Positions 12,549 through 25,145 of a stretch of DNA of 64,000 nt are shown one piece after another (position 1 is the stretch's first letter; every line of letters begins with the position of its first letter). Origin of the DNA: Mytilus trossulus (taxonomy: Eukaryota); the NCBI RefSeq assembly GCF_036588685.1, contig NC_086376.1, forward strand, positions 65,782,001-65,846,000, in the 5' to 3' direction. Position numbers and translations under genes: made by a program. The notes under the pieces were generated by a model. That model did no database searches and was not told the DNA's origin. It worked only from the letters and a program-made list of their open reading frames with translations.

Positions 12549-13989
12549 TTATATTAAAATTTTTGAAAATGATATTACCATTGACGTAATAGTGGCATAA
12601 TTAGCACGCCTACACGGGGCTTATTCCTATTTTACCTTCAATTAACTATACTTAACCGTAATTTTAACCTTATAATTAATTTTCCATGGAACACCAACAC
12701 CAGTGCACCAAAAGTATTAAATAGATTAGGAGGACCTCTGACCATTTCATTACTGGGGATCTAAACATAAACCAATTCAACATGAACCAAGTTAAGGTCA
12801 AAGAACGTCTCGTACCTTTTCTTTAAAAAAAAAAGAAGATACTAAGACCTAGTTTATGATATTCATTATCAACTTTTCAACAAAAGTATTATATGGATGT
12901 TTTGGAGTACGAATGTACAATTATTCCAAATCATTTTTTAAGTATAACCGGTAGTGCATGTACGTTTGAGATAATGTTTTTTTTCTCTGTTGGAAGTTAT
13001 TTTGATTAAAAACATTCAGAAAATAATGATTATATATTCTAAGGACTTTCTATATACCACTTCATTGTTTTCTTTGTTGACATTGATGTTTCTTTATACT
13101 GATAATGATTACAATACAATTTTGACTGAGTAACCCCAATTGTTTACATTTTTACCTATTATATCCAATGGTTGATCCAGGAGAGAAGGGTGGTTAGAAC
13201 CCCCTTTTAACGTTCAATGCTTAAATTTTTGAATTGGGAAATGGTTGGAATCCCTTTTTAGAGATAGCTGCATCGACCTTTGATGTCTGTGTATTTTGCT
13301 CACACAATGTTGTCAGTATAACGGAATTTTATGCGACTTTCATACAAGTGAGAGGTCTGTCTAGCTAAAAAAATCAGGCGCTTTTCGCCATTTTCTACAT
13401 GAAAAATTTCGGAACCAGGTCAGGAAAATGACAGTTGATTTCTATTCGTTTGATGTGTTTGAGCTTTTGACGATAAACGCAATTGCATCAGCATTATTCA
13501 AATGATTTTTCAGAAATTTTATTTTATAACGTTTTTGTTTTACAGATTAAAACAACTCTACTAAACAAATAAAACGGGAAACAGAGGAATATATGTATAC
13601 AAATATATTTTACGGTATATTATAATATAACAGTTTAATTCTGTCATTTTATGTGCTGAGTCCAATTTAAACAATTGTATTTTATTTCTTTTCGATTCGT
13701 TTTGCTTTTAACGTCGATTTTGTTTGATTTTGTTTCTTATAATGTCAATTTCGTTTTGCACTTGATAGGCATCCTTCTGTGAAGACGCTGTTAATTGTAT
13801 TATAAGTTCACAATAATACATTTTTATATATAGCAAACGTTAATTACTATCCACAAAAGACAGAATTTGCATTGAATTTTTCGAGTTACTTCCCATTTAA
13901 TTGAACACACAATTGCAGGCTACGGGGCTATGTGTACACTTTTTTTAACATATTGCTTTGAAAGTATATTCTAAACATCAATTGAAAAC

Positions 13990-15300
13990 AGAGACAAACG
14001 AAACCAGAGGGACATTTAAAAATCGAAAGAAAACTACAACGCCATGAAAAAAACACAAAGACAACAGCATATACGAAATAACACAAAAACTAAGACTGAT
14101 AAACTTGAGCCAGTCCAAAACATGAGTTGATCTCAGGTGTTACAAAAGTGTATGCAGATCCTGCTTCCCGTGATGCACCTAAGTGTTGCTCATTTATGAA
14201 AATCCTGACGATAAATCTCATTCTGTAGGTCACATTCGAGAAAAAGAGGACGGAATTGTTACAATTGTTACAACTGTAAGATCATATCTATTTCGTCTGT
14301 GAATCAACTATTCCATAATAATCAACTAACTCGTGATGGGCTTGAATAAATATTAGAAGGTTTTAATGTAACTTCGCCTATTTGGAATTTTTGTTTTATT
14401 GCTTCCTTCCTTCTAGAAAAAATATGTTAGCACACTCTGGAATATTGTCAGTCGGGAAATATATTATCTGTGTGCAGGCGCAGCTAGAATGATGCTACAT
14501 ATAAATGGAAAGATCGCAGCTGGGAAGCTTGCATATATCTATTGTCGTAAAGTTTTTTCCTCACCGACCTTCGTAAAAGTTTCTTATGGTAGCCAAGACA
14601 TGAGGCAAACAAAACTGTATCTGGTGTCTTCGTTATTTCAAGTTCGATCGTATAGATGCGTTCATCATAATTACATAACTATGAATTATTTAGTTAGAGT
14701 ACGAAATGTATATAGTGTAGAAAAGTTAAAGGATACAGCTAGATACTTTCCCAAAGAAGCTCCTGTATGAAGACATCATCATTTGAAAATAAAAACAGTC
14801 GGCAAAAATAGGAGCACAGTAGGCTTCCATGGAAATACCAATTGTTTCTCGAAAAATACATTCTCCAAACGTAATGGATATTTTTCATTAAGAAATCAAG
14901 CAAATTGGTAATTCAACTTTTAGAGAAAAAGTTGATTGAATCAGAGTGATTTTTTACAAAGTAAACGCCAATTCTTCGTTAATGTAGAAGCTAGACCAAA
15001 TAAGTCCCTTAAATGTATATCAAATGAATCGATTGAAATTGAGCAAAGATTAACGCTTTTGTATAACTCACTAGCCAATTATAACGAACCTTATTCCGAT
15101 ACAAACGACCAATGCTTAAACATTGGGAATATAGCACATTTCAGTCGTATTCATACAAATACATTATTTTCAAAATGAAAGTGTTTGTGATGTTTTCCTA
15201 ACAGGCATGCTCGAAAAAAGTCAGTTTACAAAATTGGATAATTGAATCATGTTCAGGACTATGAAGAACACTCTTAACATGGATGTAAAAAGAAAAACGT
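13990..15300 (-). mobile_element. Degenerate Penelope-like retroelement fragment
   Basis: Colinear similarity with 10912-11640 (gatctcaggtg...gcagatcctgct, caactaactcgtgatgg, tgcaggcgc); many indels. Confidence 0.6.
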
Positions 15301-17341
15301 GTCTATTGTCCTTGCTTGCTTCCTAAGTTATCCAATTAAAATGGTTATATGCAGGTTTTAGGAAATTTAGAACTCGACATGACATCATTTCTAATATAAG
15401 AGATTTGTCTTTCCAAATACTAAGACTCAATCCTGGTATCCTTCATGATTTTATATACTTACACGTAACACATGAAAGATAACTGCTGAAAATTACTTTT
15501 TCATATATCTTTTCCCGATTTTATGTCATCATGACCAAGTTCATTTTTATGAATTTGAATAGCGCTATGACAGATAGTTTAAAATATTGAAATTGATATT
15601 TTAAAACACACAGAAGAACAATGGCTAATACACACAAGTAATACAATATATAGATCTACTCCGTAGATTATATTTTTTCTATTTCTTTTGTTTATAATCA
15701 ACTGCTGTCATGATTTTCTATTGTTAATAATAGATTGCTATTTAACATACATTTTAGAAGGTTTTAGTTAAACAAAAGTTTACAAATAGTTTGTGTGATT
15801 TGTTATACTAATTTAACAAGAGAAATTGTGAATGTGTTAAGTTGAAAATTCTGCGACATGGGTTGAAGTCAACGCCAATTTTATACACTAATAACACATT
15901 AGACAGTTAAAGTATTCATGTCAGACTGGGACTAATACATGTTTTTTTCAATTGTTCCAGTTAATGTAATGCTTTTTATGCATATAAAAAAATATATAAG
16001 GAAACAAAAGCTACACTCTATTATTGTATTAATATTTACATAAACATGACCTCCTTGTTTAGTACCAATAAGATTTTAAATAAGTGATTAGAAAAACATG
16101 TAATCTGAGATCTCATTATTTTGTAATAAAGGCAATTGCAGTATTTCGCTGTTCACTGGACATAAATCGGTTTAACCGAGAGAAAAATCCTGGTCCTTTA
16201 CCAAACTGAGGACAACACATCAACTATAAGAGGAAAACAACGGAACAACAGAAACACTCATAAGGCATTTTTATAAGAAGTTATGAGAAAATATGCTAAG
16301 GACTTACAAACTGACATTGGAACATATCTCCGTAGACAAAAAGAATATCTATCAATTAACTCAGGAACTGGGAACTGCGACCCGCTGTGGATGTTATGAC
16401 AAAATTGGTGATATAGGTATTATATATAGTTTCTCCTCTTCTTTAACTCGTAGAGGGAGAAAGATATTACCTAACATTTCGAAATGCCGTTTTCCTGATG
16501 CTTTCAATTTAAGCACTAACTTTTATCATATCAGTATTTTTTTTAAAATACTTTCCTTCTTTAACGACCAATCTGTTCAAATCATCACTGATACATATAC
16601 ACCATCTTTGTGACTACTGTTTAACTACAAACAAACGTTGCAGGATCTCAACGTTGACGACTTCAAGTCACAAAAACCTGATTGCACCTGTGCGAGTTTT
16701 CAATTCATGTATACTCTGACTGGAAACGTTACAAGTGTTGGCATTAACCAGTGCATCAACTATCTTCAAAGATCCAAGTTTTGCTAAGTAACTATATTAC
16801 TTTCATGACATATATGTGGTTTATCCCAAATAAAAAAAATGAAAATCACAATATATATATATATATATACTGTTTGATAAGGGGAAAAGTTAAAAATCCT
16901 GCAATTACACAAAAGACCTGACCTATCCAAATTTTGCCTTATGTTCATTTGAATGTGAAACAAAAGATGAAGATCTAGATATTCAATCACCCTACATGAG
17001 TACCAACATTACATGGGATATATTAGAAACAACATTATATTACTGGGTTTGCCAATTGTTAAAAAAAACGCCTTCCAATTTATTGGAAAACATCCAGTTT
17101 ATCAGCAAACAAACCCAGGCTTCAGATGTACTTGACTGTGATTTTTTTACTTTTGGAGCGATATGATTGAGATTGGGATACCAAAAACTCTGAAGATCTT
17201 TCAGTTAACATACAACCTAAGTCCATCTCATCGTGCAATATAATACAAACATTTGACTTCTATACTTTTTGCTCGAGTATCGTCATTCTAAACATAAAAA
17301 TAGATTGAATGAAGTAGTCCAGATTTGTGTCAATAAATGAT

Positions 17342-17713
17342 ATAGTTATCAAAGGTACCAGGATTATAATTTAGTACGCCAGACGCGCGTTTCGTCTACA
17401 TAAGACTCATCAGTGACGCTCATATCAAAATATTTATAAAGCCAAAAAAGTACAAAGTTGAAGAGCATTGAGGTTCCAAAATTCCAAAAAGTTGTGCTAA
17501 ATTCGACTAAGGTAATCTATGCCTGGGATAAGAAAATCCTTAGTTTTCAAAAAATTCAAAGTTTTGTAAACAGGAAATTTATAAAAATGACCAAATAATT
17601 GATATTCATGTCAACACCGAAGTGTTGACTACTGGGCTGGTGATACCCTCGGGGACGAAACGTCCACCAGCACTGTCATCGATCCAGTGGTGTAAATAGT
17701 TATCAAAGCTACC
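17342..17713 (-). mobile_element. Non-LTR retrozyme monomer (~354 nt unit) inserted in a Penelope-like RT remnant
   Basis: Contains the hammerhead. Terminal direct repeat ATAGTTATCAAAG(G/C)TACC at 17342 and 17696 (354 nt period). A second copy lies at 41031-41380. Confidence 0.85.
17376..17419 (-). ncRNA. Type I hammerhead ribozyme (intact core)
   Basis: Minus strand GCGUCA-CUGAUGA-GUCU(UAUGU)AGAC-GAAA-CGCGCG-UC^UGGCGU: canonical core, stem II, palindromic minimal stem III and stem I. Predicted cleavage after GUC, between 17382 and 17381. Confidence 0.9.
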
Positions 17714-19329
17714 ATGGCCAACGCAAAGACAGACTTTTTAACGACAAAACAAATTATACTTTGTAAAGAAATAATGAACATCATTAGGATGCTTGATTTT
17801 TTATTTACAAACTTTTTTACATTTGGAGGACGTGTTTTTAAAATAAATACTTTCTCGGAGTTCAGTATTTTTGTGTTTTTACTTTTTTCTTATGAAATCT
17901 AACTGTGCTTTTCTTGTCGAATTGTTTCTTTATTTATATTGAGGCAGAGTATATGCAAGAGAAAGAAGTAAGAATTGAAGCTGTTATTATCATTAAACTT
18001 CTTGATCTAGTATAAAGCCTATGTCATTTCAATGATTAACTCAAAGTTTGATGACTATGTTGAAATCTTCTATTTTAAAGTTGAAATGAAGATAACAAAG
18101 ATACAGTTACCGCAATACGTCTGCTCCATATATAGACTCACAGCTAGAAATGTATAGGCTTATTGAGAACTAAACCCTAACGACAGAAAAGATCTTATTT
18201 TAATTCTCCAATTTTGGAATTCCATTTATGTGTGCGAACATGCCATAAGCGCATGCACATGGAGTAAATATTTCCAAGTGACAACGATTTTCTATGAATG
18301 CATTATCTTATTATATTTTCATGATTTTTGTTGGGGTATGTGTTACTATTTTTTGCCAGTGAATTGTACGTTTTTTTCTTTGACTTATGGTGTCTGATTC
18401 CGCCTTGGTATCTTCTCCCTCTTTTTAAAGTCTAATAAAAACTTGTTTCCAAAAAGACTAGTGTTAGCATTATGAACTTTAGATAAGAGTTGGTCTTATA
18501 TGCTTTTAAAGTTCTGTATATTATTAAATTTCGGTTTCCTAACTGTCAACTGATTTTTTTCTCTGGTTGGAATGTTACATTATTATGTTAACATGATAAA
18601 GGTATGCTATCTGAATGGCAGTTCACATCAATTATACTAATCAATCGATTCAAGACTTGCCTCATTGATAGCATTTATGGCACGAACACTAGTTCTTTGA
18701 TGAATTGTGTATCTATTTTGTGGTATAAGGTTGCTGCTTAATTTACGTTTTGGTCATTTTAATCCTATATATCAGAAAATGAAAGCTTTTCAATGATAAA
18801 CCGTATTTGTATTTCAAAACCATATTAGGATTTATGGGGTTTATATCAAAAGTTCTGTGTACGCTTCTGAGTAATTTAATAACATAAACATGTAGCAAAC
18901 AACAAACATAACAACATGAAATGTAAACCACGCTATAAAGTTGATTATATATTTCTAATGTCTACATAAATAAATGGCAAAACTTTTCTACTACAACTAA
19001 GTTAAATTGGTATTTTGGCATTTTAACACCTATAAATATATAGCGTTTCTGTATATATAAAATCTATTATGAGGAATATATTGACACAAACAAATTGAGA
19101 TCACGTACTAAATTGATGAAAATGTACTTGACTGATATTCCATGACTAAATTCTTGTTTGTAAACTTGTTGAACGATAACTTTCGAAGTCTTAAACGAAA
19201 TAGGATAAACTTTGCGAATTAAATATGATCAGTTCCTGTGGTAAATTCGTGCACCAATATTTCTATAAAATTGTGTTTATTGTTAAAAATGTTGAAAGTA
19301 GCTTTTATAATATTTGCTGAAGTTCTGTT

Positions 19330-21354
19330 CTAAACCATTTCATAAATTTTGACAACATTTCTATTTGTGTATCCGACATCTGACAGAAAAAATCTGTCTC
19401 CACATATGTGAATAGCAGCCGGATGTTCTAGTCCGTCGGTTGCATCTAGCAGCACGCGCGCATCAGATCCGTCAGACGACATTTTCATTACGTTCGAGGA
19501 ATTTTGTCCACATACGTATATGTTGTCTTGACTGTCAATACTGACACCTCTTGCCCAACGTATACTATCATGCTCAATGGACAACCGGACGTTCAAATCA
19601 GAATAAAGAACCACAGCTCGTTTTTCGCCGATGCCAACGGTTTTCTGTGTGACGACAATTTCAGCTGTGCGTTGGTTGATAGCGAGATGAAAAGGTCGAT
19701 TTTCAAACATTGCTTTACCACTACTTCTCCTGTGGACCGTATCCAACACATGCCCATCTACTTCTATGACGCTCATTGATGGGACGGGTTTATCAAGAGG
19801 AAACAGCAAAACCAGATTGCCACGTATCTCGTCAACGCCGTAGCATACTTTTCCAACAAAAACCACGTTTTGTAATAGGAGACTCTCATCTGTCATGTTG
19901 AGCAGAGCAATTTCCCGATTGTTTGGAAGTGTACATGCAAGAGTATTCATATCAACTTGACAAATATCGAACGGTTCAGATGTCAAAAGGACTTTCGAAA
20001 TGAAAATACCGGTATCCTTGAACATTTTGATTGTTTTGTTGTGAAAATCGCACAAGATAACTTTTCCATCAGGCAGATATATTCCACCAGTAATAACGCA
20101 GTCGTTTGTATCTGAAGGCAGACGAATGTGGAAATCTCTTATCAGAACAGCACGTTTATCCAACATTGGTTTCATTTCGGCGATAGGCTTCGGAGCATCT
20201 GGTCTACCATGGGAAATTTTAATCTCTCCTAATTCCATCACAGTTGCTGGTATGTCTCTAGCTTTTGGGTTGAATCTAAATTTTATATCAATACTTTCTA
20301 ACTTTGCCGAGTTTTCCATCGCCTTTTGTTTAAAATCTAAATAGTTCTCACGCGCTTTGGCAACTGTTGCAACGAACTGAGCATTACTTCCATAACTCGC
20401 TGTAGCTTGAATCATCTTTCTAGAATGTTCAATGGCTGACTGTGTAACTTTGCTGTCTTGAATTCTTGACTGAATCTTATCCTTTTCCTCTTTGTGTATT
20501 TTAGTCAGGCGTTGATTAAAGTTTTCCTCCAATTTGTCAAGATGTCCAGTAATCGATCCTCTAAATGTTTTCATCTTCTTTTTTATGTCATCTTTTTTGT
20601 TGTTCAGGTTTTGATGTTGTTTGATGTTTTCATTTACAATTTCTTCGAGTGAAGATAGACACTCGTTAAATTGTTCTACTAGTTTCTCTACCTCCCGAGT
20701 ATTTTTTAACTCTTTCGCATAAAATTCAGTTGTAAGAACTTGGACGCATCTTCTATGTTCCAGCGCTACACAAACAGAGCAGACGAGAGTGTTATGATCT
20801 AAACAGAAGAGCTCCATATTTTGATTATGGCGACTGCAGCGAAGTTCATCGTCGGTAAGTATGGCTGGCTGGCGAAGAGCTTGGTCTACAGGCATAGTTT
20901 CGTGATCCAGAAACAATGCATTGTGGTAATTGATGCACGTCTTGCACAAACAAATACGACAATGCTTACACCAAACATCAGCACGGACACTTTCCTTGTT
21001 CTGCTTTTTGCAGGGTTCGCAGGTTTTCTCATTGTTTTCGAAAGACATAATCTCCATGACATTCATTATAAATCCATTTGTCGGTAGTTGTTCTGCCCAC
21101 ATGGATGGTGCTGCTGTTGAATCGATCGGAATTGCGATTGCTCGACATTGTGGGCAAGGGAACGAATTTGGTCTAGGATTATCGTTGTCCTGTGTATAAC
21201 GATCAATGTATGTTCCAAGACATTTCTGACAAAATGAATGAAGACATGGTAGACTCTTCGGATCTGTAAACCTGTCAGAACAAATCGGACACTTCACGAC
21301 GGCATCATCCAAGTTGGATTTTCCATTTGGTCGTCCTTTTTCTGATTTACTCAT
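19330..21354 (-). CDS. Intronless tripartite-motif (TRIM/RBCC) E3 ubiquitin ligase with C-terminal NHL-like beta-propeller (TRIM2/3/56/71-like, bivalve-expanded type), 674 aa
   Basis: Uninterrupted ORF. C3HC4 RING (CPIC...CLHSFCQKC...CPQC), B-box1 (CEPC...CKHCRICLCKTCINYH), B-box2 (CSRH...FCLDHNTLVCSVCVALEHRRC), long coiled coil, then NHL-like repeats (GVSIDSQDNIYVCGQNSSNV). Confidence 0.92.
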   Translation of the reverse strand: MSKSEKGRPNGKSNLDDAVVKCPICSDRFTDPKSLPCLHSFCQKCLGTYIDRYTQDNDNPRPNSFPCPQCRAIAIPIDSTAAPSMWAEQLPTNGFIMNVMEIMSFENNEKTCEPCKKQNKESVRADVWCKHCRICLCKTCINYHNALFLDHETMPVDQALRQPAILTDDELRCSRHNQNMELFCLDHNTLVCSVCVALEHRRCVQVLTTEFYAKELKNTREVEKLVEQFNECLSSLEEIVNENIKQHQNLNNKKDDIKKKMKTFRGSITGHLDKLEENFNQRLTKIHKEEKDKIQSRIQDSKVTQSAIEHSRKMIQATASYGSNAQFVATVAKARENYLDFKQKAMENSAKLESIDIKFRFNPKARDIPATVMELGEIKISHGRPDAPKPIAEMKPMLDKRAVLIRDFHIRLPSDTNDCVITGGIYLPDGKVILCDFHNKTIKMFKDTGIFISKVLLTSEPFDICQVDMNTLACTLPNNREIALLNMTDESLLLQNVVFVGKVCYGVDEIRGNLVLLFPLDKPVPSMSVIEVDGHVLDTVHRRSSGKAMFENRPFHLAINQRTAEIVVTQKTVGIGEKRAVVLYSDLNVRLSIEHDSIRWARGVSIDSQDNIYVCGQNSSNVMKMSSDGSDARVLLDATDGLEHPAAIHICGDRFFLSDVGYTNRNVVKIYEMV

Positions 21355-22704
21355 TGTTATTCTTCAGTCAAAATATCTTGTTTTCATTATTATTGCAACC
21401 TTACTTTTTAGAATATGTACGTCCTTTCTACATTGCTAAAATATCCGAAAGTTTGATTTTCAATTAGAAAACAATAATTAAATGTTACCAATATGTCCTT
21501 TCTAATGTTTTGTATCACTTATAATACCATGGAGCCCACGCTTAAAATAAAAGTGAAATTCAACACATTTTTACGGGACACCGGTGTTCCGAAGACAGCG
21601 TTTACAAATTTACAATAGAATTCAAAGTTAGAGCTTTCTCAACGAGAATTTAAATGTCATTTGTATAAAATCATTTTATAATTAAAACAATAGATATTTT
21701 TAAATAATACTTAAGTCCTCAAAACTGTCCGTTGGATGACTTTGTACGGTGTCTTCTCGTATGACGTGTTAAATAGTTTCTTCTTTCTCTCAATTTATTC
21801 CTTTTCTTTTTCCTTCTTTTCTTTTGTGATTAAACTTATCTCTTACTACGTGATGTATCAATTCAAAGTATGTTCCTTTGTCTTTTTGTCTTTTCTTTTT
21901 CCTCTTCTGTTCATCTGGCAAACTTTCATTCAGATACTTGTGTAGGTTTCGAATCTTTTCTCTATTGATGGAATGCATTTATTCTATCAGCTTTCTTCAT
22001 TTTAAGAGTAAAGAAAATAAGCGGCGAGTCAAAATATGATCCGTGTTTGCCTGCGAGCGCAGCGAATGGGCTATAAAGGTTTGTCTTGTGTAGGACAGAT
22101 AGTATGTTGCAATATCTTAATACTGAAAACTGATATGTTAAATCTGATTTGAGAGTTTTTTCGATCCATTTTTCTTTCTTTTTCGTAACAGGAAGCTCAT
22201 CGTGATAGCATCGGGTTCAATTTTTATCGACAGATCAAACATTACAAGTTCGTTGATAACTAAAGGTCAAATGAATTATGGTTCTCTCAAATCTTTTTCA
22301 AAATAAAAAGACCCTAGAGGACAGAGCAAATTTATATAAACGCACGATATCCGATATTACTATCAACGTTCTCAAGAACTGGTGTTCTTTTAAGACATTG
22401 TCTTCTGGGTTTTTTTGGATGATGAGATTAATAAATTTATAAAAAGAAAACAACGCAAGCTTTTGATTGGGATTGATGTTGTGTCTATGCCATTATTTGA
22501 TATTCGAGGGGGGCGGAGGCAGGATAATCGTTTGAAAAACAAATAAATTGGGTTTGTAAGAACTGAAAATGAAAAAAACTCGACACAAGACAAAATGTGA
22601 ATGAATATTTTCGGCATTACATTTATTCTTTCGTGAAGGAATATGTTTCAGAGAATTTAAACTTAAAACTTTATTGAGAGTCGGTACTGTTACATTATAA
22701 GCCC

Positions 22705-23230
22705 GGAATTTATATCTCCCAATTGATACGATATTCCCGTGCATGCATTTCCTATCATGATTTTCTTGATAGAGGGTTACTGCTCACAAGGAAGCTATTA
22801 AACCAAGAATTCCAAATGGTGAAGTTGAAATCATCCCTTCGTAAATTTTACGGACGCCATCACGAGTTGGTTGACCGTTATGGAATAACCGTTTCACAAA
22901 TGATATCGGATATGTTCCTTACGTCGTAACTTCAATCCCCTTCCCTTTCGTGAATTTGACCTACCGAATTAGACTATTTACCGGATTTGTAATCACATAA
23001 GCAACACGACGGGTGCCGCATGTGGAGCAGGATCTGCTTACCCTTCCGGAGCACTTGAGATCACCCCTAGTTTTTGGTGGGGTTCGTGTTGTTTATTCTT
23101 TAGTTTTCTATGTTGTGTCATGTGTACTATTGTTTTTCTGTTTGTCTTTTTCATTTTTAGCCATGGCGTTGTCAGTTTGTTTTAGATTTACGAGTTTGAC
23201 TGTCCCTTTGGTGTCTTTCGTCCCTCTTTT
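22705..23230 (+). mobile_element. Young 5'-truncated Penelope-like element (RT C-terminus plus 3' region)
   Basis: Clean frame IYISQLIRYSRACISYHDFLDRGLLLTRKLLNQEFQMVKLKSSLRKFYGRHHELVDRYGITVSQMISDMFLTS*, followed by the 3' region shared with other copies. Confidence 0.8.
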
Positions 23231-24975
23231 GATGAGTTTAATTTCAAAACAAAGTCTTTTACATGAGCTTTACTGAACTTTAAACCAAGTTTGCTATTCA
23301 TTCATTTTGTATCAGTACCTGCCCTATCTACAATCATTAGATATGAAAGAAAGACTATGCATTTCGAATAAAGGTCGTTATTGTTGTTGGTTTTTTTTTA
23401 AATTGGTAATTGGTAATTGCTTATTAATTGTAAAAACAAAAATTAAATTTCTCATATTTTTTCAACTTTCGAAATAAATTATAGATAGTGTACCGATTTC
23501 GGAATAGCCTAAGGAATTGTTTCATTTCCATAATATCACTAGGCAACAATTTCGTTTTAGAATAAAGCTGAATAACTTAAAACGTCCGATTCATGATTAA
23601 CATAAAATCTTTCGAAAATCAATAAAATTACATTATTATTGTTAAAATATGAAGGCAGATGGTTTTCACACAAATCGATTTCAGACATACAGGTAAACTG
23701 AAAAATTTGAATAAAAATAATTAATGATTTCTAACGTGAAATGATATCAATGGTATGATGCAAATATGATTAAGATTAGAGATAAAATTTGACTGATTAA
23801 CCTGGGCGTTGATGCACAGTATTCGCCAGGTATTTTGATGGTAGAGGTTAGAGGTCATCAGTGTCGATAATTGAAGGGATGTCAATATCAATATGGCGAA
23901 ACAGGACAGGTAAGTCCTATTATTTTTATAACTTAAGAAAATGTCATTCAAGATTTAGATTAATATTTTCACCAGTAACTGAATACGAATATAATGATTT
24001 CATTTCTTAAAGTTTGAATTGTTCTTTTTTTCATACGCCTACATATATAATATATCAATATACATTTACTAGGTTCAAGTAACAATAATACGTCTTAATT
24101 GTTGTAAATTACCCCAGAAATATTGATGAATGTACGTTGTTATTACAGGAAAAAATATGTTTTTTTATTTTAAGTCATCAGGACAACTGAATTAGACGAT
24201 TACATTAATATAAATGTTGGTTTTAACCAGGACTTTTTGTGGTTGAATATCACCAGCTTCTTTAAAATTGCGCAATGCAACCAGTTTAAAAGATATACGT
24301 TTTCGGAAAGCTTCCATTGATAACGAAGTGATCAAATTATTAAAAATTGTCACCCTGAATTGTAATGATAAGTTATAAAGAAAAAGATGCATGTTTTACA
24401 AAGGATCCGGACGGGTACATAGTTAGAAAACATATGTTTAAACTGAAACATTCTTTGTTTCATACATTTTAAACACTAAGTCTTGTTTGTTCGTTAATCC
24501 TGTAACAATCTTTATAATATATTAAAAAAAATGAAGAAATATACAAATGTATTGAAAATTTGAAACACAAATCAATCATTTTTTATTTTCATATTCATAA
24601 ATCTAGTTTTATGTAAATTTTGGAAAAAAATCCATAAAATAACAAATCAATTTATTACATAAATACACTTTTTGATTTTTAATTCTTATTTCGACCCTTT
24701 GGCCAATTTGATGATCATAACGTAAAACAATATCAACAAAGTCATCAATAACATGGTACATCATACATATTATTGTTCGGATACATAAAATGGTAGCACG
24801 GCCTTGTTCCCACAACTATAAAACTGACATGATTTGATGACCGGAATGTCCGTCATTATCATCACGAACTATTTATTGACAGGTTTAATTATACAAGACA
24901 TAATGGATTTAATTATTTTTTGTTTGATTGTAGTGTGGTTGTGGTTTTCTTCGGTCATTCTTGTTATCCAACCGG

Positions 24976-25145
24976 AAGCCAGTTACCTAGCTTCTTCGGT
25001 TCTACTAGTCATAGAGTTCTAGCGATTTCATTGATATGCATGTGTAGAATTGTAGCCAGTTGATACACCCGCTTGGAGCTCTAGCAAGTTGATACACATG
25101 CTTGGAGTTCTAACACGTTTATATCCGTAAAGAGTTCTAGGAGGT
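24976..25145. repeat. Degenerate ~29-bp tandem repeat
   Basis: Units like TAGCAAGTTGATACAC..GCTTGGAG(C/T)TC repeated 4-5 times. Confidence 0.5.

Larger units (their letters stand above)
16270..18425 (+). mobile_element. Degenerate Penelope-like retroelement (RT region) interrupted by the retrozyme
   Basis: Remnants IQTFDFYTF, IIRMLDFLFTNFFTFGGRVF, FLVELFLYLY-EA, DTVT..SAPYID, AHAHGVNIS. Confidence 0.65.

Noticed and set aside
17636-17671. Plus-strand second hammerhead (GAAAC-GUC followed by a closing stem)
   Set aside because: No CUGANGA box, and GAAAC is not conserved in the second retrozyme copy; kept only as an unknown structure.
19504-21199. Plus-strand ORFs antisense to the TRIM gene
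   Set aside because: Shadow ORFs of the real minus-strand CDS.
24976-25145. CRISPR-like array
   Set aside because: Eukaryotic context, degenerate tandem units without unique spacers, no cas genes.
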